A stretch of 64,000 nt of DNA from an uncultured virus (IMG/VR IMGVR_UViG_3300022074_000022) (Duplodnaviria; Heunggongvirae; Uroviricota; Caudoviricetes), in IMG/VR virus record IMGVR_UViG_3300022074_000022, one strand, 5' to 3'. Each line of letters begins with the position of its first letter. Position 1 is the first letter of the stretch. The notes under the pieces are model-generated. The model was not told the origin of the DNA and did not search any database. It saw only the letters and a list, made by a program, of their open reading frames with translations. A program made the position numbers and the translations under genes. Positions 16,701-26,343 of this stretch are shown piece by piece.

Positions 16701-18559
16701 GCCAAATCTTCCGGACTGAGCTTTCTACCGAGAGATTCAGATATATCCTCGTACTTGCGATTGACAACAAGGCCACGCGGAAGAAGATGCAAGTCTTCAA
16801 AGAAACGGGCAGTGGCTACTGCCGCAGGCTTTGCACCCGTGGCTTCAGCCAAACCACCTAAAAGGAGTCCAGTGCCCCGAGCCGCTGGCCGACCAAAGAT
16901 AGCGGTGGCTATGGCACCTACAGCAGCACCCCCTTCAGGAGTCCAGTCTTCACCGAACATTGAGTGCATATTGTAGCCGACGGTCTGTCCTGCAGTGATT
17001 ACCATTTCATCTGCGAATACAGCCCGCTTAAAGGGGTCTTTGGGAAGGAACTTTCCTACACCTTTATTGTAACTCAGTGAGTCGTAGCGATTGTTAAGAT
17101 AGCTACGACGTTCGACGGCCTCTTCAAGAGTCATCTCGACTGGCTTTTTATTAGCACCCAAGACTTTTACCTTTGAAGTACCACGCACCCCATTGGCCTG
17201 TGCTGCCAAAATACTTGTGTCAAGATTCTGTATTTCTTTACTGACTCGTTCAAGAGAACGCTCCCGTTCGACAACAGTCCTTGCGTCGGCAATCTTACCC
17301 TGATAGCCGAACTTTTTGGTGAACATATTACCTATGTCTGCCCGCCACTTTCTGAACGCGTAGCCCCACTGTCCTGCAGTGTTAGCCTTTTCGTAGTTTG
17401 CGAGAGCTACACGCGGAGCTACAGTGAGATCATCACCGCTAATTAGACCCCTTTTCTTCAGGTCCTCGTACTTTGCAAGCTGTCGTTTGCCGAGCTTAAT
17501 GTGACGCCCAGCCAGTACGTTCGATACAAGAGTGTTGGGGATGGCAAAAGAAGCGAACTGTTCAAGGGTACTGAGTTCACCGAATCCGTAGTCGAGGATG
17601 GCGTCTGCAGCGTCGTCAGTAACAAGCGGGATATAAAGACGGTCGCCTGTTTCCTCGTTAAGAAATGGACGATAGTTGTCCATAAACTCGTCTTCGCCGT
17701 ATTTCTCAATGTACTTCTTTATAACAAAGTCGTTAAGGCCGTCTCCGAAAGTCGGGGTGAGGCCGGCATTTTTCATAGCCCTCTTTACACCCGCCATGTC
17801 CTTGGCGATCATAGGACGAACTTTGTTGAATTCGGCAGAGAACGCTTCGTTGAAAGTGGGCGCATCCGGGGCACTGGACCTAGAGGCAGAAATGGCGTTA
17901 GCGAAGGCCGGAGCAAGATACGTAGCGTAGATTCCCGCAGTGGTAGGAAAACGAATACCGTCGCGAATGAAATCTTCAGTATCAAATCCGTACTGCCGAA
18001 GGAAACTGGTCTGATAGTAGTCACTCAAGATTTCTTGAACGCGAGGATCGACCACTTTGCCTTTTATGGCTTCATTCAGACGGATACGATTCTGTGCGTA
18101 CTCAACACCCGCCTCGTACTCCGACTCTCCAAACAGACCTAAGATAGGCTCTCTCTTAGACAGTGCGCCTTCGGGAATATCGACCACTCTTTTTTTAGTG
18201 GTAGGATCGACACGAGTTAGAGGGATGCTTGCGAATTCAGCTTGGCTTTGGGCCTTTCTGTTCTCTTTAGAGATGAGAGAGGACAGATCAGAGATAGCAC
18301 TGGTATCTCCCCTACGCGCCCTGTCAAGAACTTGTGGCCTGATCCGCGTGTCACCTATCGTATCTGATCCGCTGGCAAGAAAGTCTTGAAGCATCAAAGA
18401 CTGTTTTGGTTTTCCAAAATCTCCGGCAGTTTTAGCCTCTTCTTGTACAAGCTCACGAACAGCTTCGTTTGAGGTTCCCGGCAAAGGAACGGAAGAGCCG
18501 AATCCGACTCCCGATACCTGTGCCAAAGGTTCACGCGGCTTATTGTTCTGCTGTTCCAT
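13775..18559 (-). CDS. Large internal virion (ejection) protein
   Basis: 1594 aa, helical, end of late operon (position like T7 gp16). Confidence 0.7.
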   Translation of the reverse strand: MEQQNNKPREPLAQVSGVGFGSSVPLPGTSNEAVRELVQEEAKTAGDFGKPKQSLMLQDFLASGSDTIGDTRIRPQVLDRARRGDTSAISDLSSLISKENRKAQSQAEFASIPLTRVDPTTKKRVVDIPEGALSKREPILGLFGESEYEAGVEYAQNRIRLNEAIKGKVVDPRVQEILSDYYQTSFLRQYGFDTEDFIRDGIRFPTTAGIYATYLAPAFANAISASRSSAPDAPTFNEAFSAEFNKVRPMIAKDMAGVKRAMKNAGLTPTFGDGLNDFVIKKYIEKYGEDEFMDNYRPFLNEETGDRLYIPLVTDDAADAILDYGFGELSTLEQFASFAIPNTLVSNVLAGRHIKLGKRQLAKYEDLKKRGLISGDDLTVAPRVALANYEKANTAGQWGYAFRKWRADIGNMFTKKFGYQGKIADARTVVERERSLERVSKEIQNLDTSILAAQANGVRGTSKVKVLGANKKPVEMTLEEAVERRSYLNNRYDSLSYNKGVGKFLPKDPFKRAVFADEMVITAGQTVGYNMHSMFGEDWTPEGGAAVGAIATAIFGRPAARGTGLLLGGLAEATGAKPAAVATARFFEDLHLLPRGLVVNRKYEDISESLGRKLSPEDLAAFGKAANILENLSEEGLDAVYKSLDQYGKTRSRILKQFDNAADRESGAYNDAVEAFSLSFAYASGLAPLQAIEQAQVGKFTFKRFSKAVDVQLRSENNLMMAKLGVDKLQELLSKKAGVDIKDSGYLADYVKNFNAAADGLNREIGDRRRKYLELLDMYKSQVMTDPSNPDAKGTLKELVDLEIKLTPGATDSVEAQRAIVVDNIQRLGQQLDKRVEEVQRLRGSPAYDREIGRLAEELVELRDDKIEILGRQVYQTADELLKDKTVDLAPVMDDMINRLSEMSQSGVKQFFGPDSAFFRGRSGKYARAAMERIAETNLRKAFGENFDEFIQRATTREVQTADGKIVPNKSIDDGGIFVGEDASYAEIAIAFYKSQAETAERFDPFAAGAFDADEMYRHLRNEGQRIARSQGDAAAEPYLALMRIIDGQISAIPGAEDVLNETRKRYKELKFDPIQSEGSYGDVVSTATSKPKLEKPSTYTRRYGINERPDTWHNNLGQSASRAIAYGDRDDFQKFSAEMDGFNRYWADDVEFEGDEPIYVFDMRLPFNDEATFKRIGQMLRNGIESRWGDQTNEEVIQRIKLDPLGKPILDESGVAGNYNFNRVQNMRDLEDEIRIKVIDKDGNESITTWFDMADMISAENDIVKLVETDAAARKAYEDFMQELNRSTGRLADEGRESLDIEGKAVNALQKAADTMDPAKFYENYVVNYDATLFEAMRERFVRGIMRENESMTEEEAQQSFKRGTIYMVTNGILARAGTRAEGTYKYFDGTERTIKTFVNPTTLLADLEDKNIQKTLKLVLEDEDHYDFLRDMAEMMVYAEGRSLERFTPQGIVRGISPNEIISRAFNIARGMVSPTYVGAEFAFRMLQDMEVNAFQLAAENKEANRIMLLLLDDPKLVSEADVRTLSTLVMSITSRELIRNERRVDRVIAQDEVQAAMEEMQLDSDIGLTDNFLPNAFDATDQGFGLLFGDR

Positions 18560-18562
18560 GTT

Positions 18563-21409
18563 TTACATAGCCTCCACAGGTACAAACTTTCCATTCTCAA
18601 GACGGAACTTACCATCTTCTAGTTCTTGTGATCCACGCTTTTTGATCGGGAATCCTGTGTCGTTACTTCCGGGTCCAGCACGTTGATGTGTCTTAGGAGA
18701 AAACTCTCCTTCGTTAAGGGTCACGTTAGTTTTTGGAGTAAACCCTAAATCGTCTCCCGCATCTGCCTCTGCGCCTGCAGGAAGTTCAGGAGCCGGTGGT
18801 TCTGCGTCCGGAAGAGGACGCGCCCTTGGCCTGCGGTCTGGACCTCTGGCAGCACGAACAGCCCCCTCTTCTGTACCCGATCCCGGTTCGCCCGGAAGGA
18901 TGTCTCCTTCAGGATCGACGGGACGTTGAGGACGCGGCTTTACGCGGCGGCGCGGGTCTCCTCTGCGGGGAACATTTTCTGGATCAAAGATCATACCTTC
19001 TTCGTCCTGTCCTCCACGAAGACCACGAATGATGTCTGCTTCTTCGTCAGTCAGACCGGGGAACTCGCTAAGGTCGCTAGGTCCACTACCTTTCATACCC
19101 ATCAGAGCAGGATCATCAATTCTTTGTGGCTCTGGTCCCGATCCCTTCATACCCATTAGGGAAGGATCATCGATTCTTTGTGGTCCCGATCCCTTCATAC
19201 CCATTAGGGAAGGATCATCGATTCTTTGTGGTCCCGATCCCTTCATACCCATCAGAGCAGGATCATCAGTGCGAATTGGCAGCACCCCTGTTTCCGACGG
19301 ATCAGGCATGCCGGTCTCAGCGTAAGCTTCTGTAGGCATAAGATCAGAAGTGTTTACCAGAGTAAACTTTTTGTTGCCCTGATCGTCCACGACTATAGTC
19401 GAATACTGAGTCTTTCCCTTACTATCCAGCATCTCACCATCATACGAAACGCTGTCGTTGTAGCGCCTGTATACAGCTTGACCAGTTTTAGTGACTAGAT
19501 TAGGCTCTAGCTCTTCAAACATGTATCCGGTAGTGATGTTCGATCCGTCACCAAGTTGTCCTTGACGCAGGATGTAATCGTAAGACACTGCCGCATCAAT
19601 CACTGCTTTTGACTCCGGCGTCATGCGCCTGCCGTCACCTTTACCGTAGTAGGTAAGAACTTGAAGCTTCTTGTAACGCTGTTCAAATTCCTTTGCCACA
19701 ATGCCGATTTTTGCGAGAGCTTGACCTGTGTTGTCAAAGTTACCCATAAGACGCTCTAGCTGCTGTCGAACATCTTGATCCGAAAGACGACCGGACGGGT
19801 CAGCCGCACGAGCCATCTGGAACGCAAGACCAATACGAAGCGACATAAGTTCTGCAAAGGTGACGTCACTTCCTGTGCTGTATTCACTACTTGCGTCCTT
19901 ATCTTTTGCAGCTTGCAGTTGACCTTGAAGTTCTCCAAGGAACTCTGACGTAATGCTTTTAGTGGGGTCCATACCGATCTGGATTGAATCCCTTTGAGCT
20001 TGAGTGAGATTGACCCCGTTAAGAAAGCCCATATCAGTGCCGATATCTACCAAGAATTCCCCGCCAAAACGGAGGACGTCTTTCATCTGCGAATAAGCTA
20101 CAGACTCATCCAACGTCGCTCTTTTCAAGGCCAAATTGTTCAGACCCATCATGACATTGTAGTTGGCATCCCGCTCTGCCTCCATAGATGCAAAGCTGTA
20201 CTTTTGAGATTCTTCAGCACCGTAGTGGATACGGACAACATACTCTTGAGAATTGCCTAGTTGAGATACGGCTTTGAACGAACCACTAAGACGCGGCTTG
20301 TTTCGTTCAATGAAATGCGGATACAGCATGTACACGCCATTTTCAAATGTGCCTGTAGAATTGTACTGATTAAGTGTGTACAACTGTTGTGCGTACTTTT
20401 CTTGGCGGGTTGAGGTGGCGTCACTAACAACACTGTATAGGCCTTTTCCCGGAGCGAGAGCGCCGATTTTAGTAGCGTTTGCACCGAGGGAGATGGAATC
20501 TTCAAAATAGTCAATCTGAGTTTCGCTCGGTATGTTAAACACGTCAATGTTAGCGGCGTAAGCGTCAAAAACAGACTGCGGATCAGCGGCCTTCAACTTA
20601 GTCCCAAGTGCACTGTACGACTGCTCCAAAAGGCCCGGATTATCGGTGCCGTCAAATGTCACAGGACCAATAGCGATCTTCTTTTGACCGTCAACGTCAG
20701 TGACTTCCGCTTTGACTACGCCTAATACGTTCGCATCAGGGGTTTGATTTTTGAACGTCTCTGTGCGGGTCTGATTTGGAGATATAGCCTTGGACTTGTT
20801 CAGCTTTCCAACTTCCTGCCAAGAGTCCCACCACGGCTCAGTTTCTATCGCGAACATAAAGTTTTCTTTACGCTCTGGGCTGTTCAGCATAGCTGTGTCA
20901 TATGCAGCGATGCCTTGATGGATAAGTTGGTTGACAGTGTTGTAGGCGTTTGGATCGGCAATGTACTTCAGACGCGTCATCTCATCGCCCATATGACGAC
21001 CGACTTCAGCGAAGATAGCCCGACCTGTGGCCACATCAATTTTATCAGGACGCTTGATGTTGAACCCGATCTTGTTGTCGCCGCTTCCTACGTAGAACTC
21101 ATACGCAGATACTGCATCCATTGTGGAAGACAGCTTGCCGATATCTAACTCAAGCTCTGGAGACCGTTGGCCTAACAGACCAACACGGGGGCGACCTTCC
21201 ACCTCTTTTCTTGCGCCTACCAACATATCGCGCACAGCATTTACGCCCGTAGCAGACTTTTCATCTGCGGGCTTCATGGCATATTCAGTGAGTAGGGTTT
21301 GAACCGCGTCGATCTTCTGCTGGTCTGTTTGACGCTTTTCGTACTCCCGCTCCATGTTGCGGGTCAAACCACCGATCAAGCCTGTGGCAAAAGCTGCACC
21401 AATACCCAT
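18563..21409 (-). CDS. Internal virion/ejection protein with repeat-rich C-terminus
   Basis: 948 aa; N-terminus MGIGAAFATGLIGG; position in ejection cluster. Confidence 0.65.
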   Translation of the reverse strand: MGIGAAFATGLIGGLTRNMEREYEKRQTDQQKIDAVQTLLTEYAMKPADEKSATGVNAVRDMLVGARKEVEGRPRVGLLGQRSPELELDIGKLSSTMDAVSAYEFYVGSGDNKIGFNIKRPDKIDVATGRAIFAEVGRHMGDEMTRLKYIADPNAYNTVNQLIHQGIAAYDTAMLNSPERKENFMFAIETEPWWDSWQEVGKLNKSKAISPNQTRTETFKNQTPDANVLGVVKAEVTDVDGQKKIAIGPVTFDGTDNPGLLEQSYSALGTKLKAADPQSVFDAYAANIDVFNIPSETQIDYFEDSISLGANATKIGALAPGKGLYSVVSDATSTRQEKYAQQLYTLNQYNSTGTFENGVYMLYPHFIERNKPRLSGSFKAVSQLGNSQEYVVRIHYGAEESQKYSFASMEAERDANYNVMMGLNNLALKRATLDESVAYSQMKDVLRFGGEFLVDIGTDMGFLNGVNLTQAQRDSIQIGMDPTKSITSEFLGELQGQLQAAKDKDASSEYSTGSDVTFAELMSLRIGLAFQMARAADPSGRLSDQDVRQQLERLMGNFDNTGQALAKIGIVAKEFEQRYKKLQVLTYYGKGDGRRMTPESKAVIDAAVSYDYILRQGQLGDGSNITTGYMFEELEPNLVTKTGQAVYRRYNDSVSYDGEMLDSKGKTQYSTIVVDDQGNKKFTLVNTSDLMPTEAYAETGMPDPSETGVLPIRTDDPALMGMKGSGPQRIDDPSLMGMKGSGPQRIDDPSLMGMKGSGPEPQRIDDPALMGMKGSGPSDLSEFPGLTDEEADIIRGLRGGQDEEGMIFDPENVPRRGDPRRRVKPRPQRPVDPEGDILPGEPGSGTEEGAVRAARGPDRRPRARPLPDAEPPAPELPAGAEADAGDDLGFTPKTNVTLNEGEFSPKTHQRAGPGSNDTGFPIKKRGSQELEDGKFRLENGKFVPVEAM
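19080..19268 (-). repeat. Four in-frame tandem repeats of about 48 bp (DDP[AS]LMGMKGSGPQRI)
   Basis: Directly visible; one unit has a 6-bp insertion. Confidence 0.95.
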
Positions 21410-21961
21410 CTACTTTTTCCCCTTCGAATTCAAGAAGTTTTCTTCTTCCGGCGCTTCTGGCGCAGTGCCCTGCCGGATACCTTCGTTGATCTGTTCGCGG
21501 ATAAAGGAGAACATGCCCGGATTGTTTTCTTTCAACATACGGAAGAACGTCTCGTCATCCATCTCATCTTTTGTAAGCTCGTCATCATTCTCAAAGAAGC
21601 GATAAGGAATACCCTCTTCCTCTGCCATGTTTGCGATGTGCAGAGACAGCGGCCCTTTAATCATAAGACCTACGTCCGGACTAAAAGCGCCATTGGAGAA
21701 CTGTTGGAAGACGTAGCCCTCGACCAGTGCCTCGACTGACGCACCAACAAGAAGAAGCTTTATAAGCTCCTGTTTTGTCTTTCTCTGTTCTAGAGAACTG
21801 ACAGCCTCTTCAAAAGCTTGTTCAGGATTTACTACAGTCGGCGGTTGACCCCACGGCCAACGGCTGTTGTCAAGAGTGAGACCGTAGCCCGGAGGAGCCA
21901 TTGCAAACGGGTCTTTTGCCTCGACAGTACCTCTAGCTGGCATACGTTGATCTATCTTCAT
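21410..21961 (-). CDS. Conserved virion-cluster protein
   Basis: PPGYGLT...WPWGQPP; tightly coupled in late operon. Confidence 0.7.
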   Translation of the reverse strand: MKIDQRMPARGTVEAKDPFAMAPPGYGLTLDNSRWPWGQPPTVVNPEQAFEEAVSSLEQRKTKQELIKLLLVGASVEALVEGYVFQQFSNGAFSPDVGLMIKGPLSLHIANMAEEEGIPYRFFENDDELTKDEMDDETFFRMLKENNPGMFSFIREQINEGIRQGTAPEAPEEENFLNSKGKK

Positions 21962-22404
21962 CAGACATTGACCTCCGTCATTTGAACTTTTTGACCTTGT
22001 CCTACAGACCTTGTAGGTTGGACTATGGAGTAACGATCCAACAAGTCTCTGACTTGAGTGTTGCGAGCCGACCTTTGAAGGTTCTCCAGTACACTACGAT
22101 ACAGTGGCATTTGAAACTGGACAGGATCGGTAGGTGCCATAGGCGTAACAGTGCCTACAGCCGTGCCGCGTGTTAGCTCTGTGACGGCTCTGTTTTGTCG
22201 AGGTGCAGGAGCGGCTGTCTGAAAGGGCCGTCTATCTTTGCCCCCTATACCCTGTGCTTCCAAAAAAGCTTTCGCCCCAGAACTGATGAAGCCCTCGGCT
22301 TTACTGGTACTGGTAGATTGACTGGAAGCGGCGGCAGAACCTCCACCACTCGTAGCTCCTGCCACTATTGGCAGTGCGATTGCAAGTATGTTACCTAAGT
22401 TCAT
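21961..22404 (-). CDS. Small internal virion protein
   Basis: Hydrophobic N-terminus, Gly/Ser-rich linker. Confidence 0.6.
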   Translation of the reverse strand: MNLGNILAIALPIVAGATSGGGSAAASSQSTSTSKAEGFISSGAKAFLEAQGIGGKDRRPFQTAAPAPRQNRAVTELTRGTAVGTVTPMAPTDPVQFQMPLYRSVLENLQRSARNTQVRDLLDRYSIVQPTRSVGQGQKVQMTEVNV

Positions 22405-22418
22405 TAGCCACTATCCCC

Positions 22419-23801
22419 TCAATTACCACTATTCGTCGTACCCGCCGCCCAAAGCGCCAGCCAGTTTCCAATGCCCATAGCCAGATTATCTTTCTGTTCC
22501 TGTTGGTACATCTTCTGTGTGTTCGCGAACTCCATAGCCATGATGCCAATTTCATGCTGTCGCTGCAGTGCTGACTCACTCTTTTGGAAGTTCCAAGCTG
22601 CGTTATCGCGGTACATCTGCCACAGATTGTTCAGGGCTGTTTGACTGACGTTCAGCGCGTTTTGTACGTTAATTCTATTGTTTTCGTTTTGAATGGCTGT
22701 GTTCGCTGTATTAACTTCTCTACGCCACTGGACATTTGACTGATCAATGGCGTACTTCATGTTGGCATTGAATTTTTCGCGGGCGTCACGCATAGTCGCG
22801 TTGAATTGACTTTGTGCGTTAGCTTCGCCTACATTGGACTGTTCGATAGCGGCAATACGATTGGCATTAGCTGTCTCTACCTGAGACTCAAGCTCTGCAA
22901 AGAATTCTTCTACTTGAAGCTCATTCTTTGCGTTAAACTGTTTGCGGGCGTTATCTTCGGCAGAATCTTTGAACAGGCCTTGAGTCAATGCGTTGTACTC
23001 AAGTACGTTTGCCTGTTGTTGAGCGTCCATGTTCTTTGTCTCGGTAGCGAGAAGAAGCTGTGCGTTAGTGACGCCAGCCTTCAGACGCGCGTTGAGATTC
23101 GCGGTATCCATAGAAGCTTGTGCAGCGGCATTCTGTAAAGCAGTGCGCTGTCTGTTAGTCAGGTTCGCAAGCTGGATTTTTGAATACGCGTCTGCATCTT
23201 TGGCAGCGATGACAACTCCAGACTCCATGATAGCCTGTGTCATGGCTGCACCCGCCATGGACGAACCGCTAAGTCCTCGTGCCTGCATTACTCCTGCGAC
23301 TTTACGCGCTGCCGGAGATGCCCACGCCGGAAGAGGCTGTCCCTCTTCGATACCAGCTAGAAGCTCAGAAAGCTGGTATTGAACCGTAGCTCTCGGATCA
23401 AGCTCTTCTGTCGCTGCTTCTGCGATTGCACCCGGAGACAGTGTGCCTTCTTCGAAATCTACAGATATGTCCTTGTCGATTTGAGCTACGTCTACGCTCT
23501 TTGTCTCTAGTTCAGGGGATATTGCGGATATCTCATCGATCTGTCCGACCCCTGATGCGGGAGCGGTCGGAACATCGACAGTGAGTCCCGGCATAGTGGT
23601 GTCTACTTGTGCCGTGTCCGCTTGTTCCGCTGTGCCTAGTTGTCCAACATCAACACCGATTTTAGTTCCTGCATCTACTGACGGATCAGGTATTAGGGTG
23701 TCAGTCACTGTCGGAATGGAGGTGGACACATTCCCTGCCTGTTTACCCATTTCCGTCATAAGATCGGAATCAGTATTAATAGCTTTTCCTGTATCTGCCA
23801 T
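22419..23801 (-). CDS. Internal virion/ejection protein (Q/N/A-rich coiled coil)
   Basis: NARKQFNA/NAQSQFNA/REKFNA repeats; late operon. Confidence 0.7.
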   Translation of the reverse strand: MADTGKAINTDSDLMTEMGKQAGNVSTSIPTVTDTLIPDPSVDAGTKIGVDVGQLGTAEQADTAQVDTTMPGLTVDVPTAPASGVGQIDEISAISPELETKSVDVAQIDKDISVDFEEGTLSPGAIAEAATEELDPRATVQYQLSELLAGIEEGQPLPAWASPAARKVAGVMQARGLSGSSMAGAAMTQAIMESGVVIAAKDADAYSKIQLANLTNRQRTALQNAAAQASMDTANLNARLKAGVTNAQLLLATETKNMDAQQQANVLEYNALTQGLFKDSAEDNARKQFNAKNELQVEEFFAELESQVETANANRIAAIEQSNVGEANAQSQFNATMRDAREKFNANMKYAIDQSNVQWRREVNTANTAIQNENNRINVQNALNVSQTALNNLWQMYRDNAAWNFQKSESALQRQHEIGIMAMEFANTQKMYQQEQKDNLAMGIGNWLALWAAGTTNSGN

Positions 23802-23886
23802 ACTTCTGTTTCCTATAGTGAGTGTTCTGGCAACGTCGTCTGGGCCGCCAATAATTCCTCAGTTGTTCTCGGTGGTAAAGCCACAA

Positions 23887-24099
23887 CTACCTAATCCCCA
23901 CAAACACCGATACGACCATAGCCACGACTAAAATCGTACTTCCCATAATCATCGCCTCAAGCCGCCACATGCGTTTGTCCAGAGACTCCAGTTTCTCCTG
24001 TACAGAAGCGTACCGGATTGCACACTCTTTTTCGTGCGCCTCAAGTTCCATCTGAGTTTTAAGAACAGGTTCCATAGATGTCTCTGTAGTTAATTTCAT
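23887..24099 (-). CDS. Small coiled-coil protein with C-terminal TM helix
   Basis: HEKECAIRY...LDKRMWRLE followed by hydrophobic tail. Confidence 0.7.
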   Translation of the reverse strand: MKLTTETSMEPVLKTQMELEAHEKECAIRYASVQEKLESLDKRMWRLEAMIMGSTILVVAMVVSVFVGIR

Positions 24100-24641
24100 T
24101 ATCTCCACCTCGGACCATGAAACCATGCAACCAGTGATTTTCGTGTGCCACCTGTGACCGGAAGAACCCGGTGGCGGAGGTAACTAGGGAACACTAAAAC
24201 TGTGCCTTTGGCCTTTGCGTCAGCCGGTGTCGCACACTCGTCAAACTCAAATGTGCCGCCCTCGTAGTCTTCGGGACCACTAAGCTGGACTGTAATTGAC
24301 AGCTTACGATCTGAGTTTACGGCAGCGTTCCAGTGTATGTCGTGGTGCCAGTCGTAGTGACCGTTTTCTGTCGCGTGATATTCAGTAAACTGCATCTCTG
24401 CATAGTTCATAACATCGACACTAAACGCATTGATGTTGGCCTGTTTGACGTATTCCCAGAGAATATCTCTTACCCATCTGTCGTGAAGCCAGCGCACTGT
24501 ACTGCTTCTGATATCGTTGTTGACTTTTGAGTCACTGAACACTGTCGCATTGACAGGGGGCTGTGCTTCGCCTGCAGAGATAATTTTATCTACCGTGTCA
24601 TCAGAAAGAGTGGATGACCAAAGTTGCCACAAATTTCTCAT
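24099..24641 (-). CDS. 2OG-Fe(II) oxygenase (prolyl-4-hydroxylase/PKHD-like)
   Basis: YDWHHD, RKLSITVQLS, YEGG, VFPS..HRV.PVT.G.R.SLV.W. Confidence 0.92.
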   Translation of the reverse strand: MRNLWQLWSSTLSDDTVDKIISAGEAQPPVNATVFSDSKVNNDIRSSTVRWLHDRWVRDILWEYVKQANINAFSVDVMNYAEMQFTEYHATENGHYDWHHDIHWNAAVNSDRKLSITVQLSGPEDYEGGTFEFDECATPADAKAKGTVLVFPSYLRHRVLPVTGGTRKSLVAWFHGPRWR

Positions 24642-25048
24642 GGTTTTGTAGGCCAAGTAATACCCGTCAACTCTCCCGTGTTAGTGTTTAGTGAGGGTGT
24701 TTGAGTGGTGATATCACGCAACGCTTGGCGGTAGTCTGACTGGGCGGTAGTCATCGTCCTGTCCGGCAAAGCCCACCAGTCTGTTTCCTCAAGACGACGA
24801 TTACGTTCTTCTCTTAACATACGCATGGGTTCCGCGTTTGTAAGTTCTGTCAGCTTTGCAGATACCTGAGACCAAGTAACACCAAAATCATCTGGGTTCG
24901 TACTTTCAATCGCCAACTCTTCACTGTCATACCCAGTAATACGGACAAAACTAGCGTTAAACTCAGCCTCAGTAGTTGGTTCACCATACAGCGACCAACC
25001 TTCGATACCGAGTGCTTCAAGGGCTGTAGCGACATTTACGATTGCCAT
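24638..25048 (-). CDS. Tail fibre assembly chaperone-like protein
   Basis: LREERNRRLEETDWWA...YRQALRDIT...WPTKP. Confidence 0.8.
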   Translation of the reverse strand: MAIVNVATALEALGIEGWSLYGEPTTEAEFNASFVRITGYDSEELAIESTNPDDFGVTWSQVSAKLTELTNAEPMRMLREERNRRLEETDWWALPDRTMTTAQSDYRQALRDITTQTPSLNTNTGELTGITWPTKP

Positions 25049-25059
25049 TTTAGTTCTCC

Positions 25060-26340
25060 TTAACTCGTGACTTCATATATCTTACAGACCGGCTTGGCGT
25101 AGAAACCTTGTGATAGGTTATCAGCCCAACCAAAGAAGTATTTATTGACGCCACCGTTACCCTCGTTTTTGTGATACAAAGCGTAAGTACGGTTACTTGT
25201 GCTTGTCTGACTAGAAGGCACAAGCGCAGTGACAGTTATCATTTCAACGTCATTTTGATCGTGATCTCTATGTCGTGATGTACCATGTGATCCAGAACGA
25301 TTACCTGAAGAGGACAAATTAACATCAAAACCACCTGTAATATCTCTGATCTTAAACGCACCCACCTGTGAATTATTATTACCGCCATAGACAAAAGTAA
25401 ACTCAATAACAAGTGAATTACCTGTGTTCGTACAGGCAATAGTGGTCCTCAATGCTGTTGAGACTTCGCTCCACCCGCCATTTTTTACGATAACGCCGGG
25501 GTTAGGGGAGTTAGTTTCGACCTTTGCAACGCCAATCGTCGGGCCAGTTGGGCCGGTTGGACCTGTGGGACCTGTTGATCCCGCAGGGCCAGTTGGACCC
25601 GGCGGACCTGTCGGACCTGTTGATCCGTTCGATCCTGCTGGCCCGGTAGGTCCAGTAGGTCCAGTAGGCCCCGTGCTTCCGTTACTTCCGGCTGGCCCGG
25701 TGGGACCGGTTGGGCCGGTAGGTCCAGTTGGGCCAGCCAATGCTACATTTGTTACCGTGCCTTTTTCCCAACGAGATTGAGACGCATCGTATACTGGAAT
25801 CAAGTCTCCACCTACAAAACTAGTGTCAGTAGGGAAACTAGTCAGTGAACTACCTACGTTTGAGCTGTCAGTAACGTCTGCCGAAGCTTCAATACCGTTG
25901 AGCTTCGTATGATCTGCGTTCGTAAACACGTTACTATCAGAGGCACTCTCAACAAGGGTTCTGATCTCCGCAGCAGTCTGATCGGCAGTTGCACCAGACT
26001 CAATACCATCTAGCTTTGTGCCGTCAGCGGCTACATCGCGCCCATCTACAGTGCCGCTCACTGTAATGTTTCCTGTAACGCCTACCGCTGCTGTGGAGGT
26101 TAGCCCTGCGACTGTATACGATTCTGTCTCATCTAGTTTAGCTGCAGTTACAGCGTTATCGGCAAGACCTCCCGTATCGATCTTTGGACCTTCACCCGTC
26201 GTGCCGTCGTGACTGTGCCCTGTTGTAGCGTGAAACGCAGCTTGTACTGCGTCAAATTCGCCATCTAAATCAGAAGCGTTAATGACGTTGCCATCTGCAA
26301 TATTATTTGCAGTGTCGTTACGAGTATAGCCTGTACCCAT
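25060..26340 (-). CDS. Tail fibre with collagen-like segment
   Basis: [26 protein letters not shown] fibre motifs; Gly-X-Y run. Confidence 0.85.
   Translation of the reverse strand: MGTGYTRNDTANNIADGNVINASDLDGEFDAVQAAFHATTGHSHDGTTGEGPKIDTGGLADNAVTAAKLDETESYTVAGLTSTAAVGVTGNITVSGTVDGRDVAADGTKLDGIESGATADQTAAEIRTLVESASDSNVFTNADHTKLNGIEASADVTDSSNVGSSLTSFPTDTSFVGGDLIPVYDASQSRWEKGTVTNVALAGPTGPTGPTGPTGPAGSNGSTGPTGPTGPTGPAGSNGSTGPTGPPGPTGPAGSTGPTGPTGPTGPTIGVAKVETNSPNPGVIVKNGGWSEVSTALRTTIACTNTGNSLVIEFTFVYGGNNNSQVGAFKIRDITGGFDVNLSSSGNRSGSHGTSRHRDHDQNDVEMITVTALVPSSQTSTSNRTYALYHKNEGNGGVNKYFFGWADNLSQGFYAKPVCKIYEVTS
25537..25734 (-). repeat. 22 uninterrupted Gly-X-Y triplets (mostly GPT)
   Basis: Counted from the translation. 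Confidence 0.92.
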
Positions 26341-26343
26341 TCT

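Noticed and set aside
19080..19268. CRISPR-like array
   Set aside because: Contiguous in-frame coding repeats with no unique spacers and no cas operon
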